DNA of 64,000 nt from Waterburya sp. (lineage in GTDB: Bacteria; Cyanobacteriota; Cyanobacteriia; Cyanobacteriales; Xenococcaceae), in the NCBI GenBank assembly GCA_965217895.1, contig CBDCJV010000002.1:448001-512000 (forward strand), written 5' to 3'. The position numbers and the translations under genes were made by a program. The notes beneath the pieces were generated by a model. The model was not told the DNA's origin. It saw only the letters and a program-made list of their open reading frames with translations, and searched no databases. Shown here one piece after another: positions 30,240 through 39,955 of this stretch (within the stretch, counting starts at the first letter, position 1; each line of letters opens with the position of its first letter).

Positions 30240-30582
30240 ATGACCCAAGCACGTCAAGCACGTGTTGCCTGGCTGCCTCCTGCCATGGGAACAGGTGGAA
30301 TTTCCTTTTCAGCATATTCTCAGTGAGTTTACCCAAGAATTTCCTGAAACAATCGTCTATACGGGACAATGGCCTGGTTATGCTGCTGGATTTGAAAATA
30401 GTTTTCCAGTTCGAGAAGTTGGTGCAACTAAATTTATCGAGTTGGTAAAAACTGCTCAAGGTTGTAATCTGGGATTTTCTTACGTTTCTCCTAGTATTAT
30501 CGGGCATTTAATTAAATTCAAACCAGACGTTGTTTTTGCTAATACTTTTACCGTCTGGACGACAGTGGCTATTACCTTATAA
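30240..30582 (+). pseudogene. Frameshifted, truncated copy of the 5' end of the GT4 gene at 31681
   Basis: ATG at 30240 reads MTQARQARVAWLPPAMGTGGISF, followed by a +1 T frameshift. From about 30337 to 30570 it is nearly identical to about 31783-32016, then stops. Confidence 0.85.
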
Positions 30583-30607
30583 AAAAAATTAATTTAAAAA
30601 TATTCAT

Positions 30608-31669
30608 ATGCAAATAGCTTTTATTAGTCGTTATCGTACAGAAATCATGGGTATTGCCATTTTAGGGATTCTTTTATTTCATTCAACGCAAATAAATTTT
30701 GGCAATACATTTCCTTTATTCTTATTTAATTACATTAGAATAATTGGTTATAGTGGTGTAGATATATTTTTTTTCGTGTCTGGATTTGGGTTAGTTTTTG
30801 GATGGTTACAAAGAACAAATGAAGTTTTTAAGTTTTATAAAAAAAGGCTTCTAAGAATTTTGCCTGCTTATTGGACTACTCTATTTTTTTATTTAATTAT
30901 TCATCTTACGTATTTCAAGGATTTTAAGATAAAAGGATTTATTGGAGATCTATTAGGGCTTGGTTTTCTGACTTCGCATAGCTACAATTACTGGTTTATT
31001 CCTTCAATTATTGTATGTTACTTAATATTTCCTTGTATTATTTTTTTACTAAATAGAAATATTATTAAACAAAAGTTTATTAGTAATTTCTGGTATACAT
31101 TGCTTTTTTCAAGTACTTTACCTTTATTTTTGTGTTTGGGTGCAATTCTAACTAATAAATATCAATTACTCATTTTTTTGAGTCGTTTACCCAGTTTTAT
31201 TTTAGGCGTAATAGTTGCCTTTTTATATTACCAAAAAAAATACGAACTAAAATTAAATTTATTGACAATAAATTTAATTTTGATTTTGGGTTTTATTGCT
31301 CTATTTATAATTAATTTTTATGTAAACAATGAACTAAAATGGCACTACGGCTTGTTATGGTATCCATTAATATTTTTGACGTTTCCTTTATGTTTGGTTT
31401 TGGCATTTTTTTGCAGTTACATCGACAAAAATTTTGTTTTATTAAAAAATAGTTTATTTTTTTGTGGTAAATATAGTCTTGAGATTTACTTGATACATAT
31501 GTTAGTTTTTGATTTTTACGACGACTTACATACTTTCATTAGTTCTTTTGATTTGCTAGCGATGTTCAATCAAGGAAACATTTTAGTTTATGAAATTCTT
31601 ATTAGTATCTCATTACTATTATCATTTTTTCTCAAAAAATTTACCAGTTTTCTTAATATACCAATTTAG
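30608..31669 (+). CDS. Acyltransferase family 3 (OafA-like O-acyltransferase)
   Basis: R..IMGIAILGILLFH, GVDIFFFVSGFGL, FYKKRLLRILPAY, WFI, GKYSLEIYLIH; multiple TM segments. Confidence 0.88.
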   Translation: MQIAFISRYRTEIMGIAILGILLFHSTQINFGNTFPLFLFNYIRIIGYSGVDIFFFVSGFGLVFGWLQRTNEVFKFYKKRLLRILPAYWTTLFFYLIIHLTYFKDFKIKGFIGDLLGLGFLTSHSYNYWFIPSIIVCYLIFPCIIFLLNRNIIKQKFISNFWYTLLFSSTLPLFLCLGAILTNKYQLLIFLSRLPSFILGVIVAFLYYQKKYELKLNLLTINLILILGFIALFIINFYVNNELKWHYGLLWYPLIFLTFPLCLVLAFFCSYIDKNFVLLKNSLFFCGKYSLEIYLIHMLVFDFYDDLHTFISSFDLLAMFNQGNILVYEILISISLLLSFFLKKFTSFLNIPI

Positions 31670-31680
31670 GAGTTTATTAT

Positions 31681-32844
31681 ATGTCGTTCGAGCTAACGAA
31701 AAATAATCGCATTGCTTGGTTATTACCAGCAATGGGAACTGGGGGAATATCGTTTCAACATATTATTGCCGAATTCGTTCGAGAATTTCCTGAAACAATC
31801 GTCTATACGGGACAATGGCCTGGCTATGCTGCTGGATTTGAAAATAGTTTTCCAGTTCGAGAAGTTGGTGCGACTAAATTTATCGAGTTGGCAAAAACTG
31901 CTCAAGGTTATAATCTAGGATTTTCTTACGCTTCTCCTAGTATTATTGGGCATTTAATTAAATTCAAACCAGACGTTGTTTTTGCTAACGCTTTTACCAT
32001 CTGGACGGCAGTGGCGATCGCACTGAAGTTTTTATTTGGCTGGAAAGTAATTATTGTTTATGAAGGCGGATCTCCAGGTATAGACTATCGCAATTCCCCT
32101 TTACGTTTGCGATCGCGTCGTTGGCTGGTGAAATTGGCAGATGCTTTAGTAGTTAATGGTCGATCAGCAAAAGAATATATAGTAGACATATTAAACGCTC
32201 AAGAAAACCGAGTATTTGATCGACCCTTTTTAGTACCAAGTGTTAAAGCTTTACTGCAATATAGCGAAAATGAACCGCCTCAAATCGATATGGCAACCGA
32301 TAAGCCGATCTTTCTTTATGTCGGACAAATTGTTCCCAGAAAAGGATTGAAAGTATTGTTGGAAGCGTGCCTAATTTTGCAAGACTGGGGATACCATGAC
32401 TATACACTGTTGATAGTTGGTGATGGCGATCGGCGTCAGGAATTAGAAGCTTTTGCCTCTAGCAAAAACCTGGACAAACAGATTAAGTGGGTAGGACAAA
32501 TTCCCTATAAATATTTAGGTGCTTATTTTCAGGCAACAGATATTTTTGTTTTCCCAACTTATGAAGATATATGGGGGATGGTATTAACTGAAGCAATGGC
32601 TTTTGGTAAACCAGTTATCTGTTCTCAAGGTGCAAAAGCAGTAGAAATGATTGTTAATGGCGAAAATGGCTTTGTCTTCGATCCAGGCCAATCATTAAAA
32701 CTAGCTGAGTATATGGGTCAGTTTTTAGAAAATCCTCATTTAATTGACTCTATGGGGAAAAAATCCGCAGAAATAATGATCGATCACACACCAGCAAAAG
32801 CAACTCAATCTTTTATTCAAGCATTAAAATTTGTTATTAATTAG
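31681..32844 (+). CDS. Glycosyltransferase family 4
   Basis: YVGQIVPRKG; FPTYEDIWGMVLTEAMAFGKPV. Confidence 0.9.
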   Translation: MSFELTKNNRIAWLLPAMGTGGISFQHIIAEFVREFPETIVYTGQWPGYAAGFENSFPVREVGATKFIELAKTAQGYNLGFSYASPSIIGHLIKFKPDVVFANAFTIWTAVAIALKFLFGWKVIIVYEGGSPGIDYRNSPLRLRSRRWLVKLADALVVNGRSAKEYIVDILNAQENRVFDRPFLVPSVKALLQYSENEPPQIDMATDKPIFLYVGQIVPRKGLKVLLEACLILQDWGYHDYTLLIVGDGDRRQELEAFASSKNLDKQIKWVGQIPYKYLGAYFQATDIFVFPTYEDIWGMVLTEAMAFGKPVICSQGAKAVEMIVNGENGFVFDPGQSLKLAEYMGQFLENPHLIDSMGKKSAEIMIDHTPAKATQSFIQALKFVIN

Positions 32845-32986
32845 GCGTTAGTTCGGACAAAACTTTATTGTTAACAAAATCATAGGTGTTTGACCCTTGT
32901 TTGAGATTAAGATAACTAACTACTCTAACTGATCTAACTGTTGATTAAAGTAATCCGCTTTCAACTCTTTGACCCAGTAACCAAAA

Positions 32987-34384
32987 CTATGAGGCTTTTG
33001 ATTGATTATCAATTGTCAAGGGTATACGGACTTGAAAGTTAGTTTTCCCTGGTTGTGACTCGAAACGCAAATTACCTTGATGTTTTTGGACGATAATACG
33101 GCGAGAAATATCTAAACCCAAACCGCTTCCCTTGCCTACTTCCTTACTGGTAAAAAAAGGTTCAAAGATGCGGGACTGGATTTGGGGAGGGATTCCTGCA
33201 CCATTATCAATAATTTCGATCAGCACACAGTTATTTTCTAAGCCAGTACGAATAGTTAGTTCACCTTTACCATCCATGCCATCGATCGCATTATCGATTA
33301 GGTTTGTCCATACTTGATTGAGTTCACTACCGTGAGCTGAAATCTTGGGAATGTTGGCACTGTATTCTTTATTAACCTTCACGCCATATTTAATCTTGTG
33401 ATGCAGAATCTTCAGGGTATTGTCCAACCCTTCATGGAGATCTATCTCTTGTACAGCAGCCCGATCCATATAGGAATAATTTTTAATTGCCCCTACCAAG
33501 TCAGAGATGCGACTGGTGCTTTGTTCTACTTCATTTACTAAGCCATTCATTGTCAAAGTCGCTTCTAGCCAGACTAACGCCTCACTAAAAGCCTCAGATT
33601 CCATGTCTTTAGCCAGGGTTTCTAATTGAGATGGTTGTATTTTGGCACTTACCAAACTAGGTGATAACTCCCAGGCATTCTTTACGCCTTTATTTTCTAG
33701 CCAGTCTGTTAATTCATCTTCAAGATCGCTTTGTTCTAGAGGAGATAAAGCCGATTTGCTGTTTGCTTGAGCGATCGCCTGTTGCTGTAATTCTCCCATT
33801 AGCTGACGATGATGGGCGGAAAAATGTTTACCCCGAAGCGAGAGCATATTCTGCTGTAGAGAGGCGATCGCGGTGTTAAGTTGTTTGGCTGCCCTTCTGC
33901 CTGCTGCTGCGGGATTATTTAATTCATGTGCCAATCCTGCCGATAATTTGCCCAAAGCTGCCAATTTCTCCTGCTGACGCAGCCTTACTTCTAAATCCTT
34001 AGAACGTTCTGCTAAAGCTGGCACAAATAAATCGATACTGCGAGGACAGCCTTTAAGTAACTCTCTAAAATCTTGAAACTGAATTACTCGACTAACATCA
34101 ACACTACTAGCAGTTGCTTGGGAAACTCCTCCAGTCAACATACTTAAATCACCTGTAAACTCACCTCTACGGTGTAGAGTAACCACAATTTCTTCTGCGC
34201 CTAACTGTTTAGTTACTTTTACCTGTCCTTTTAAAACTACATAGAAACAATAGGCGGTATCGCCTTCACGATATAAAATTTCCCCTGGCTTAAGATCTAA
34301 AGCTGTACCACAAACTTCTAAATCCTGTAAATATTTTTCTTCTAAAACTGGAAAGAGAACTGAATCAGACAGCGTGGTACTCAT
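32987..34384 (-). CDS. Soluble sensor histidine kinase with an N-terminal cNMP-binding domain
   Basis: GEILYREGD...GEFTGD cNMP fold; LAHELNNP H-box; NLIDNAID; DNGAG; GSGLGL. Confidence 0.9.
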   Translation of the reverse strand: MSTTLSDSVLFPVLEEKYLQDLEVCGTALDLKPGEILYREGDTAYCFYVVLKGQVKVTKQLGAEEIVVTLHRRGEFTGDLSMLTGGVSQATASSVDVSRVIQFQDFRELLKGCPRSIDLFVPALAERSKDLEVRLRQQEKLAALGKLSAGLAHELNNPAAAGRRAAKQLNTAIASLQQNMLSLRGKHFSAHHRQLMGELQQQAIAQANSKSALSPLEQSDLEDELTDWLENKGVKNAWELSPSLVSAKIQPSQLETLAKDMESEAFSEALVWLEATLTMNGLVNEVEQSTSRISDLVGAIKNYSYMDRAAVQEIDLHEGLDNTLKILHHKIKYGVKVNKEYSANIPKISAHGSELNQVWTNLIDNAIDGMDGKGELTIRTGLENNCVLIEIIDNGAGIPPQIQSRIFEPFFTSKEVGKGSGLGLDISRRIIVQKHQGNLRFESQPGKTNFQVRIPLTIDNQSKAS

Positions 34385-34401
34385 AGTAATAATTACAATC
34401 T

Positions 34402-34977
34402 CTAAAAAATATCAGCTAAATTTAAGATAAGGCCAGGCAAGATATCATTACCAGATAATGTCTTTGGTGATTTTAACAACTGTACATCTTGTCCCAAAAG
34501 ATAAATTTCTACTTGTTTGGCTTCAGGATTAATTAACCAACCTAGCTTGACTCCATTATCAAGATATTCTCTCATCTTGGCTTGGACGTTAACCAAATAA
34601 TCACTGGGAGACATTAGTTCTAAGGCAAAATCTGGGGCGAGGGGAATAAATTTTTGTCTTTGTTCGCAAGTAAGACTATTCCAGCGTTTTTTTTCGATCC
34701 AGGAGACGTCAGGAGAACGGTTTGCACCACTGGGTAATTTGTAGCCTGTAGAAGAATCAAATACTTCCCCTAAGTTAGTTTGCCGATTCCAAATCCAAAA
34801 TTGCCCAACCAAGTCAGTATTGCGTTTTCCCGTTTCTCCACCAGTAGGGGGCATAATTATAATTTCTCCCTCAACATTGCGCTCAAATTTAGTATCGGGA
34901 TTATGGATACAGAGTTGATAAAACTGTTCGTCGCTGATTTCGATAATGGAATTGAAGTTAACTGTGATGGCAGTCAT
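34402..34977 (-). CDS. Uma2 family PD-(D/E)xK endonuclease-like protein
   Basis: PPTGGETG, FDSSTG, SPDVSW, PDFALELMSPSD, KMREY...LGWLINP. Confidence 0.92.
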   Translation of the reverse strand: MTAITVNFNSIIEISDEQFYQLCIHNPDTKFERNVEGEIIIMPPTGGETGKRNTDLVGQFWIWNRQTNLGEVFDSSTGYKLPSGANRSPDVSWIEKKRWNSLTCEQRQKFIPLAPDFALELMSPSDYLVNVQAKMREYLDNGVKLGWLINPEAKQVEIYLLGQDVQLLKSPKTLSGNDILPGLILNLADIF

Positions 34978-35022
34978 GGGATTTATCTCCCCAAAGATGA
35001 GATATATGTATTTTAAAAGATT

Positions 35023-35115
35023 ACCTCTTGCACAAATAAGAAATATCGGTTGAGAATGAGATCACAGATCAGAAATTTCAAAACTATTACTAAAAAATAT
35101 ATTTATGCAAGAGGT
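35023..35115. mobile_element. Short MITE-like element with terminal inverted repeats
   Basis: Left acctcttgcacaaat (35023-35037) and right atttatgcaagaggt (35101-35115) are complementary at 14/15 positions. A related single end, atttatgcaagaagtcta, lies near 48122. Confidence 0.6.
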
Positions 35116-35284
35116 TTACTGTTTCTTCTATATCCAATATTGTATGTAATTTTATGTACTATCCTAATAGAATACGTCAAAGTTAAGCTGGGAGGTTAAT
35201 TTTTCCCAATCTGAAATAAAAACGATCGCCCTGCACGATGATGTCAACAGTTGCGATCGCCTTGATCTTGCCAATAAATATTAT

Positions 35285-35626
35285 CTACGATTCGTCGCGA
35301 TCGTCAACCCTGGCTGGAGGGCTGGTGGCTTCCACAGCAGTAAAAGATTCGGTGATTTTGTAGGTATGTGATGCACCTTTAGGTACTAACCAAGAATCTC
35401 CAGGCTCTAACTTGATTACCTGTTCTTCTAAATGTAGTTCTGCTTTCCCAGCAATAACATAACCTACTGTTTCATATTCTCTAGATTGTTTGGGTTTTGG
35501 TTCTCCTGGCTGCTCCTGCTCCCAAAGACGCATAGCCATAGTTTTACCCGCAACTAGATATTTTTGACCCATTTCACCTTTTGGTGAACTGTCAGAACTA
35601 ACTTTTTTGACAGTAGTATCGCTCAT
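35285..35626 (-). CDS. Cupin domain protein
   Basis: REYETVGYVIAGKAEL...LEPGDSWLVPKGASHTY. Confidence 0.85.
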   Translation of the reverse strand: MSDTTVKKVSSDSSPKGEMGQKYLVAGKTMAMRLWEQEQPGEPKPKQSREYETVGYVIAGKAELHLEEQVIKLEPGDSWLVPKGASHTYKITESFTAVEATSPPARVDDRDES

Positions 35627-35847
35627 AAGATTTTTGATAAATTTGAATGCTACTTGATGACTAGTTCTACTGTAATGCTATAAGCACGATCGTTACTTCT
35701 GCTCAAAGATAGAGAAAATAAAGTGAATTGATTGGCTGTTTACTTGAGATATAAAAAGAAATAAAAAAATATATTTTGTTACTAAAGATAGATGTTTCCT
35801 ACTATTTAGCCTACTAATCTGATAAAAAACAAAGGAAAAAAACTAAC

Positions 35848-36153
35848 ATGGAAAACCAAGACAATCAAGACAAAAAAGTAGTTGCTAAAACCAATCCCGA
35901 AAAAGCAGAACCAGGGAAAGGCGCACCAGGCGATCAAATTGGAGTACAGACAGCGCAGACTACAGCCGTCAATCCTCCTGACATGGTTATTCCTTCTGGT
36001 GCAGATGAAGAATTGAACAAAGAGCAAATTCAAGCAATGGAAGAGCAGGAAGAGGGAACTGGAGTCAGTACTACGGATGGCTACATCATTGATGAAGCTG
36101 GGAAAATGGACAATTTTGCCATAGAACCAGAAATGTATGTAGAAGACAAGTAA
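35848..36153 (+). CDS. Small acidic hypothetical protein
   Basis: AAGGA Shine-Dalgarno-like sequence upstream; coherent C-terminal TTDGY..DEAG..DNFAIEPEMY segment. Confidence 0.65.
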   Translation: MENQDNQDKKVVAKTNPEKAEPGKGAPGDQIGVQTAQTTAVNPPDMVIPSGADEELNKEQIQAMEEQEEGTGVSTTDGYIIDEAGKMDNFAIEPEMYVEDK

Positions 36154-36245
36154 GGATTAATTAGTTAAGAGAAAATAAAATTTTGTTCCTCTTTGAATCG
36201 AGCAAATTATTAGCTTTCTTTAATAGTAATTAGCTTAAAAATATT

Positions 36246-36560
36246 ATGCAGAAAAAGATTAATGTATTCAATTTATTGCGTTCGTTGGCGATCGCCTTTA
36301 TTTTTGGACTAGGAGTTATCATTCTAAATGTACAGACAACTTCACTAGCCTATGCAGGAGATAATTACAGCGCGCAAACAGATACTTATCAAGAAACTCG
36401 TAATCCTAATCGAGTTGACACCACCACTGAAGAGTTGGCTAACAGTAAATTAAATGAACCAGAAGAAAAAGGTAAATCTATTTACGAAAATTTGATCGAT
36501 AAGGTAGATCGGCAAAAAGAATCTGCGTTACAAGGTAAACAAAGTAAAGACCTGCCTTGA
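36246..36560 (+). CDS. Hypothetical exported protein
   Basis: Signal-peptide-like N-terminus ending in SLAYA. Confidence 0.6.
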   Translation: MQKKINVFNLLRSLAIAFIFGLGVIILNVQTTSLAYAGDNYSAQTDTYQETRNPNRVDTTTEELANSKLNEPEEKGKSIYENLIDKVDRQKESALQGKQSKDLP

Positions 36561-36594
36561 ATTAAAAAAGCGATCGCGCGGTCGCTTTTTTAAT
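36561..36594. terminator. Bidirectional intrinsic terminator
   Basis: attaaaaaagcgatcgc/gcggtcgcttttttaat near-perfect palindrome with A and T tracts, between convergent genes. Confidence 0.7.
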
Positions 36595-36599
36595 TTATT

Positions 36600-36797
36600 T
36601 TAATTATTATGCTGGGTTGTCTGGCGATCGTTTTCTGCTGGTTCGCCAAAAATTAATATTTGCATAATAGAACTTAAAAACCAGTAAACACTAGCAATCA
36701 AAATCACTAAAAGTAAAGGTGCAAAACCAGCAAACGGAGCTAAAACAAAAGTTAATACGAATCCTAAAAGGGCTATTTTGTACCAAATATTACTCAT
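36600..36797 (-). CDS. Small membrane protein
   Basis: Two hydrophobic stretches; ends at the shared terminator. Confidence 0.55.
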   Translation of the reverse strand: MSNIWYKIALLGFVLTFVLAPFAGFAPLLLVILIASVYWFLSSIMQILIFGEPAENDRQTTQHNN

Positions 36798-36888
36798 TAT
36801 CTTATATTAATTAATCTATATTTTCAATTTAGCCATAACCTAGTTTGTAATCACCTATCTTTAGTAATAGCTTTTGGCTTGTCTTAAA

Positions 36889-37446
36889 TTACACAACACA
36901 AATGGCAGTATCAAAAGCTAAACTGTAATAATTATTGTGATTAAATTCAAAGCGATCAATTATCGTCATCTTTAATTTTCGAGTGTGAGCCTCATAAGAA
37001 CGTCGATTAGCAGTGTTGATAAAAGTAATCCCTGTTTTGAACTTAGTTAAAAATTCTTGACGCATTACTTCAAATAGTTGTGGAAGTAAATTAGTACCTC
37101 TTTGGCTCGAATCAATACAGACTGATCCATACTGAAAAGTGCGATCGCGCTGGATTATTTGTCCTTTAAAGCTGAGAGTAGGAAAACGAGCAACCATAAA
37201 CGGAAAAATATCCCACTGAGAGAAAAAATCCCAATCGCCAGCAAAAATATAGCCTAATACTATGCTGTTGTCTTTGGCTACAAACGCCCCTTTTTGATTT
37301 AGCAACTCTTTAATTTGCTGCTCATTAAATGGAGTTGTAACAAATCCAGCTTGTCGCTGTTCGGTTGTTAAATTGCTATAAAGGTTTCTCTCTTGTAAAG
37401 CTAATATACCTGAAATATCTTCTACCTTTCCTAATCTTAATTCCAT
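36889..37446 (-). CDS. GNAT family acetyltransferase
   Basis: VCIDSSQRGTNL acetyl-CoA motif A; N..S..AH motif B. Confidence 0.75.
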   Translation of the reverse strand: MELRLGKVEDISGILALQERNLYSNLTTEQRQAGFVTTPFNEQQIKELLNQKGAFVAKDNSIVLGYIFAGDWDFFSQWDIFPFMVARFPTLSFKGQIIQRDRTFQYGSVCIDSSQRGTNLLPQLFEVMRQEFLTKFKTGITFINTANRRSYEAHTRKLKMTIIDRFEFNHNNYYSLAFDTAICVV

Positions 37447-37593
37447 AATCTTATTAATAACATCTTAGTTTAAATCTCTTACCTCAATTTATTCTTATTC
37501 CCCCCAAATATTATTTATAACTATCGACAGATAAACTAAATCGCCAAATAATTTTAAGCTTTATGAAACAATTATTAAATAAAATATTAAACA

Positions 37594-39276
37594 ATGCCGA
37601 CATACGATGTGGTGATTATCGGGGCGGGTCATAATGGATTAGTATGTGCTGCATATCTACTTAAGGCTGGTTATAGCGTGGCTCTACTAGAAAAAAGAGC
37701 TATCCCTGGCGGTGGTGCAACTACAGAAGAGGCAATGCCAAAAGAAGCACCAGGATTTAAATTTAATCTCTGTGCGATCGATCATGAATTTATTCACTTA
37801 GGACCTGTAGTTGAAGAATTAGAATTAAATAAATATGGTTTAGAGTATCTTTATTGCGACCCTGTAACCTTTTGTCCTCATCCTGACGGTAAGTATTTCT
37901 TAGCCCATAAATCTGTCGAGAAAACCTGTGCAGAAATCGCTCGCTTTAACAAAAGAGATGCTGAAAAATACGGTGAATTTATAGATTTTTGGCAACGGCT
38001 AACCAAAGGCATTACTCCCATATTTAATGCGCCACCAAAATCCGTACTAGATATTGCGGGTAACTATGGTCTAAAAAACGTCCAAAATTTGCTTTCTACT
38101 ATAGGCGGTGTAGATAAAACCCTAGACCTGATTCGTACCATGCTGACATCTCCCCAAGACAGTCTTCAGTATTGGTTTGACTCGGAGTTTCTTAAAGCAC
38201 CTTTAGCTAGGTTAGCATCGGAATTTGGTGCGCCTCCTTCTCAAAAAACCATTGGCATTGGTTCAATGATGATGTCAATGCGTCATAATCCAGGTATGGC
38301 AAGACCTCGCGGTGGAACAGGAGCATTAACTCAAGCTTTGCTCAAGTTAGTGACAGAAAAAGGTGGGGTTGTCTTGTGCGATCGCGCTGTAGAAAGTGTT
38401 TTAATTAGCAATAATGGTAAAGCAGAAGGTGTAAGAACCAGCAACGGCGAAGAATATCGCGCCAAAACCGCCGTGATTTCTAATATTGATGCTCGTCGTC
38501 TATTTTTGAATATGATATCTGCTGCTGATAGTGATGCAGCCGACCCCAATCTACGAGAAAGACTAGATAGACGTATTGTTAACAATAATGAAACTATTCT
38601 CAAAATTGATTGCGCTCTTTCTGAAGCACCTCGTTTTGAACATCATAATCACAGAGAAGAATTTAATATTGGTTCAATCTTGATTGCCGACTCTGTACAC
38701 CATGTAGAAGAGGCTCATGCTCTACCGTCAATGGGTAAAATACCCGATGAAAATCCCTCGCTGTATCTGGATGTACCCACAGTATTAGATCCGTCTCTTG
38801 CCCCAGAAGGTAAGCATACACTGTGGATCGAATTCTTCGCCCCATATCAGATTCACGGCAAAGAAGGAACAGGTTTAAACGGTACTGGCTGGACGGATGA
38901 ACTTAAAAACAGCGTTGCCGACAGGGTAATCAATAAGCTAGCTGACTACGCACCAAATGTAAAAGACTCAATCATTGCCCGTCGTGTTGAAAGCCCTGCC
39001 GAATTAGGAGAACGTTTAGGTGCATACAAAGGCAACTATTATCACATTGATATGACCCTAGATCAGATGGTGTTTTTCCGTCCCTTACCAGAAATAGCTA
39101 ATTACACTACGCCTATTGAAGGACTATATCTTACAGGGGCAGGAACTCATCCAGGAGGTTCAATTTCAGGAATGCCTGGGCGTAATTGCGCCCGCGTTTT
39201 TCTTCAGCAGCAACAGCCCATTAGGCAACTGATCGAAGATACAAAAGGGGCATTGCATCAGAGCGGGATGATCTGA
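37594..39276 (+). CDS. crtO: Beta-carotene ketolase CrtO (CrtI-like FAD oxidoreductase)
   Basis: DVVIIGAGHNGLVCAAYL...GGATTEE...FNLCAIDHEFI matches the cyanobacterial CrtO N-terminus; C-terminal GAGTHPGGSISG. Confidence 0.85.
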   Translation: MPTYDVVIIGAGHNGLVCAAYLLKAGYSVALLEKRAIPGGGATTEEAMPKEAPGFKFNLCAIDHEFIHLGPVVEELELNKYGLEYLYCDPVTFCPHPDGKYFLAHKSVEKTCAEIARFNKRDAEKYGEFIDFWQRLTKGITPIFNAPPKSVLDIAGNYGLKNVQNLLSTIGGVDKTLDLIRTMLTSPQDSLQYWFDSEFLKAPLARLASEFGAPPSQKTIGIGSMMMSMRHNPGMARPRGGTGALTQALLKLVTEKGGVVLCDRAVESVLISNNGKAEGVRTSNGEEYRAKTAVISNIDARRLFLNMISAADSDAADPNLRERLDRRIVNNNETILKIDCALSEAPRFEHHNHREEFNIGSILIADSVHHVEEAHALPSMGKIPDENPSLYLDVPTVLDPSLAPEGKHTLWIEFFAPYQIHGKEGTGLNGTGWTDELKNSVADRVINKLADYAPNVKDSIIARRVESPAELGERLGAYKGNYYHIDMTLDQMVFFRPLPEIANYTTPIEGLYLTGAGTHPGGSISGMPGRNCARVFLQQQQPIRQLIEDTKGALHQSGMI

Positions 39277-39294
39277 TAATACTTTATTGTTACT

Positions 39295-39389
39295 TTAGAT
39301 ACCAATGCTATTATCGCCCTGCTGCAAAATTGGTTACTCGCGATGCTCAATTAAATAAAATTAACAATCTGACAATCATTAATTGGTAG
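39295..39389 (+). pseudogene. Internally deleted PIN/VapC toxin remnant
   Basis: LDTNAIIALLQ (PIN N-terminus) is joined out of frame to AKLVTRDAQLNKINNLTIINW* (PIN C-terminus). Confidence 0.6.
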
Positions 39390-39424
39390 TTGACATAAAT
39401 AATTTGATCGCACAATGCGATCGC

Positions 39425-39851
39425 GGGTTACCAAAAAGGAAAAAGACCTAAAATTAAAAATTTTCAACGTTTTCAAGAATTTGTGTTGCAGCACAATGGC
39501 AAAACGCAGCAGCGAATAGCTCAACTATGGGGCAATAATCTTACTCAGCAAAATGTGAGTGATGCAATGAAAAAACTGGGTATAACCAGAAAAAAAGCGG
39601 TGCGACCCCGCTGAACTTGTTTCAGCATGGGAACACACACTAAGCAGGACAAAGTATTCAAGAAATAGTTCAAGGCGCAGGATGTGAAATTTGGTATCTA
39701 CCACCATATTCGCCTGATTTGAACAAAATTGAGCGTTGGTGGTCGGTTCTAAAAACTTGGATGAAACAGAGAATTTATGACTTTGAGACTATTAGAGAAT
39801 GTGTTGATTCTGCTTTTGCTCAATGTCCTAACGTATTTGCGTAATGCTATA
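39425..39851 (+). mobile_element. IS630-family transposase remnant with internal deletion
   Basis: GYQKG...KTQQRIAQLW...MKKLGITRKK HTH part; then GCEIWYLPPYSPDLNKIERWW DDE end; ends in TGCTATA. Confidence 0.85.
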
Positions 39852-39870
39852 CAGCAAAAACCATAGCTTT

Positions 39871-39900
39871 CGTAAGGTGCGTTAGCAAAGCGTAACGCAC
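39871..39900. repeat. REP-like palindrome
   Basis: cgtaag gtgcgtta gcaaagcg taacgcac: 8-bp inverted arms preceded by GTAAG. Confidence 0.55.
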
Positions 39901-39955
39901 ATCATCAAGGAAATCTCAATCTTCTGATTAATTTCACCCACCTACTTATGCCTAT

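Noticed and set aside
35146..35159. GTA-N8-TAC, NtcA-like site
   Set aside because: A six-base match is expected by chance in AT-rich DNA, and there is no nitrogen-related gene or convincing promoter geometry.
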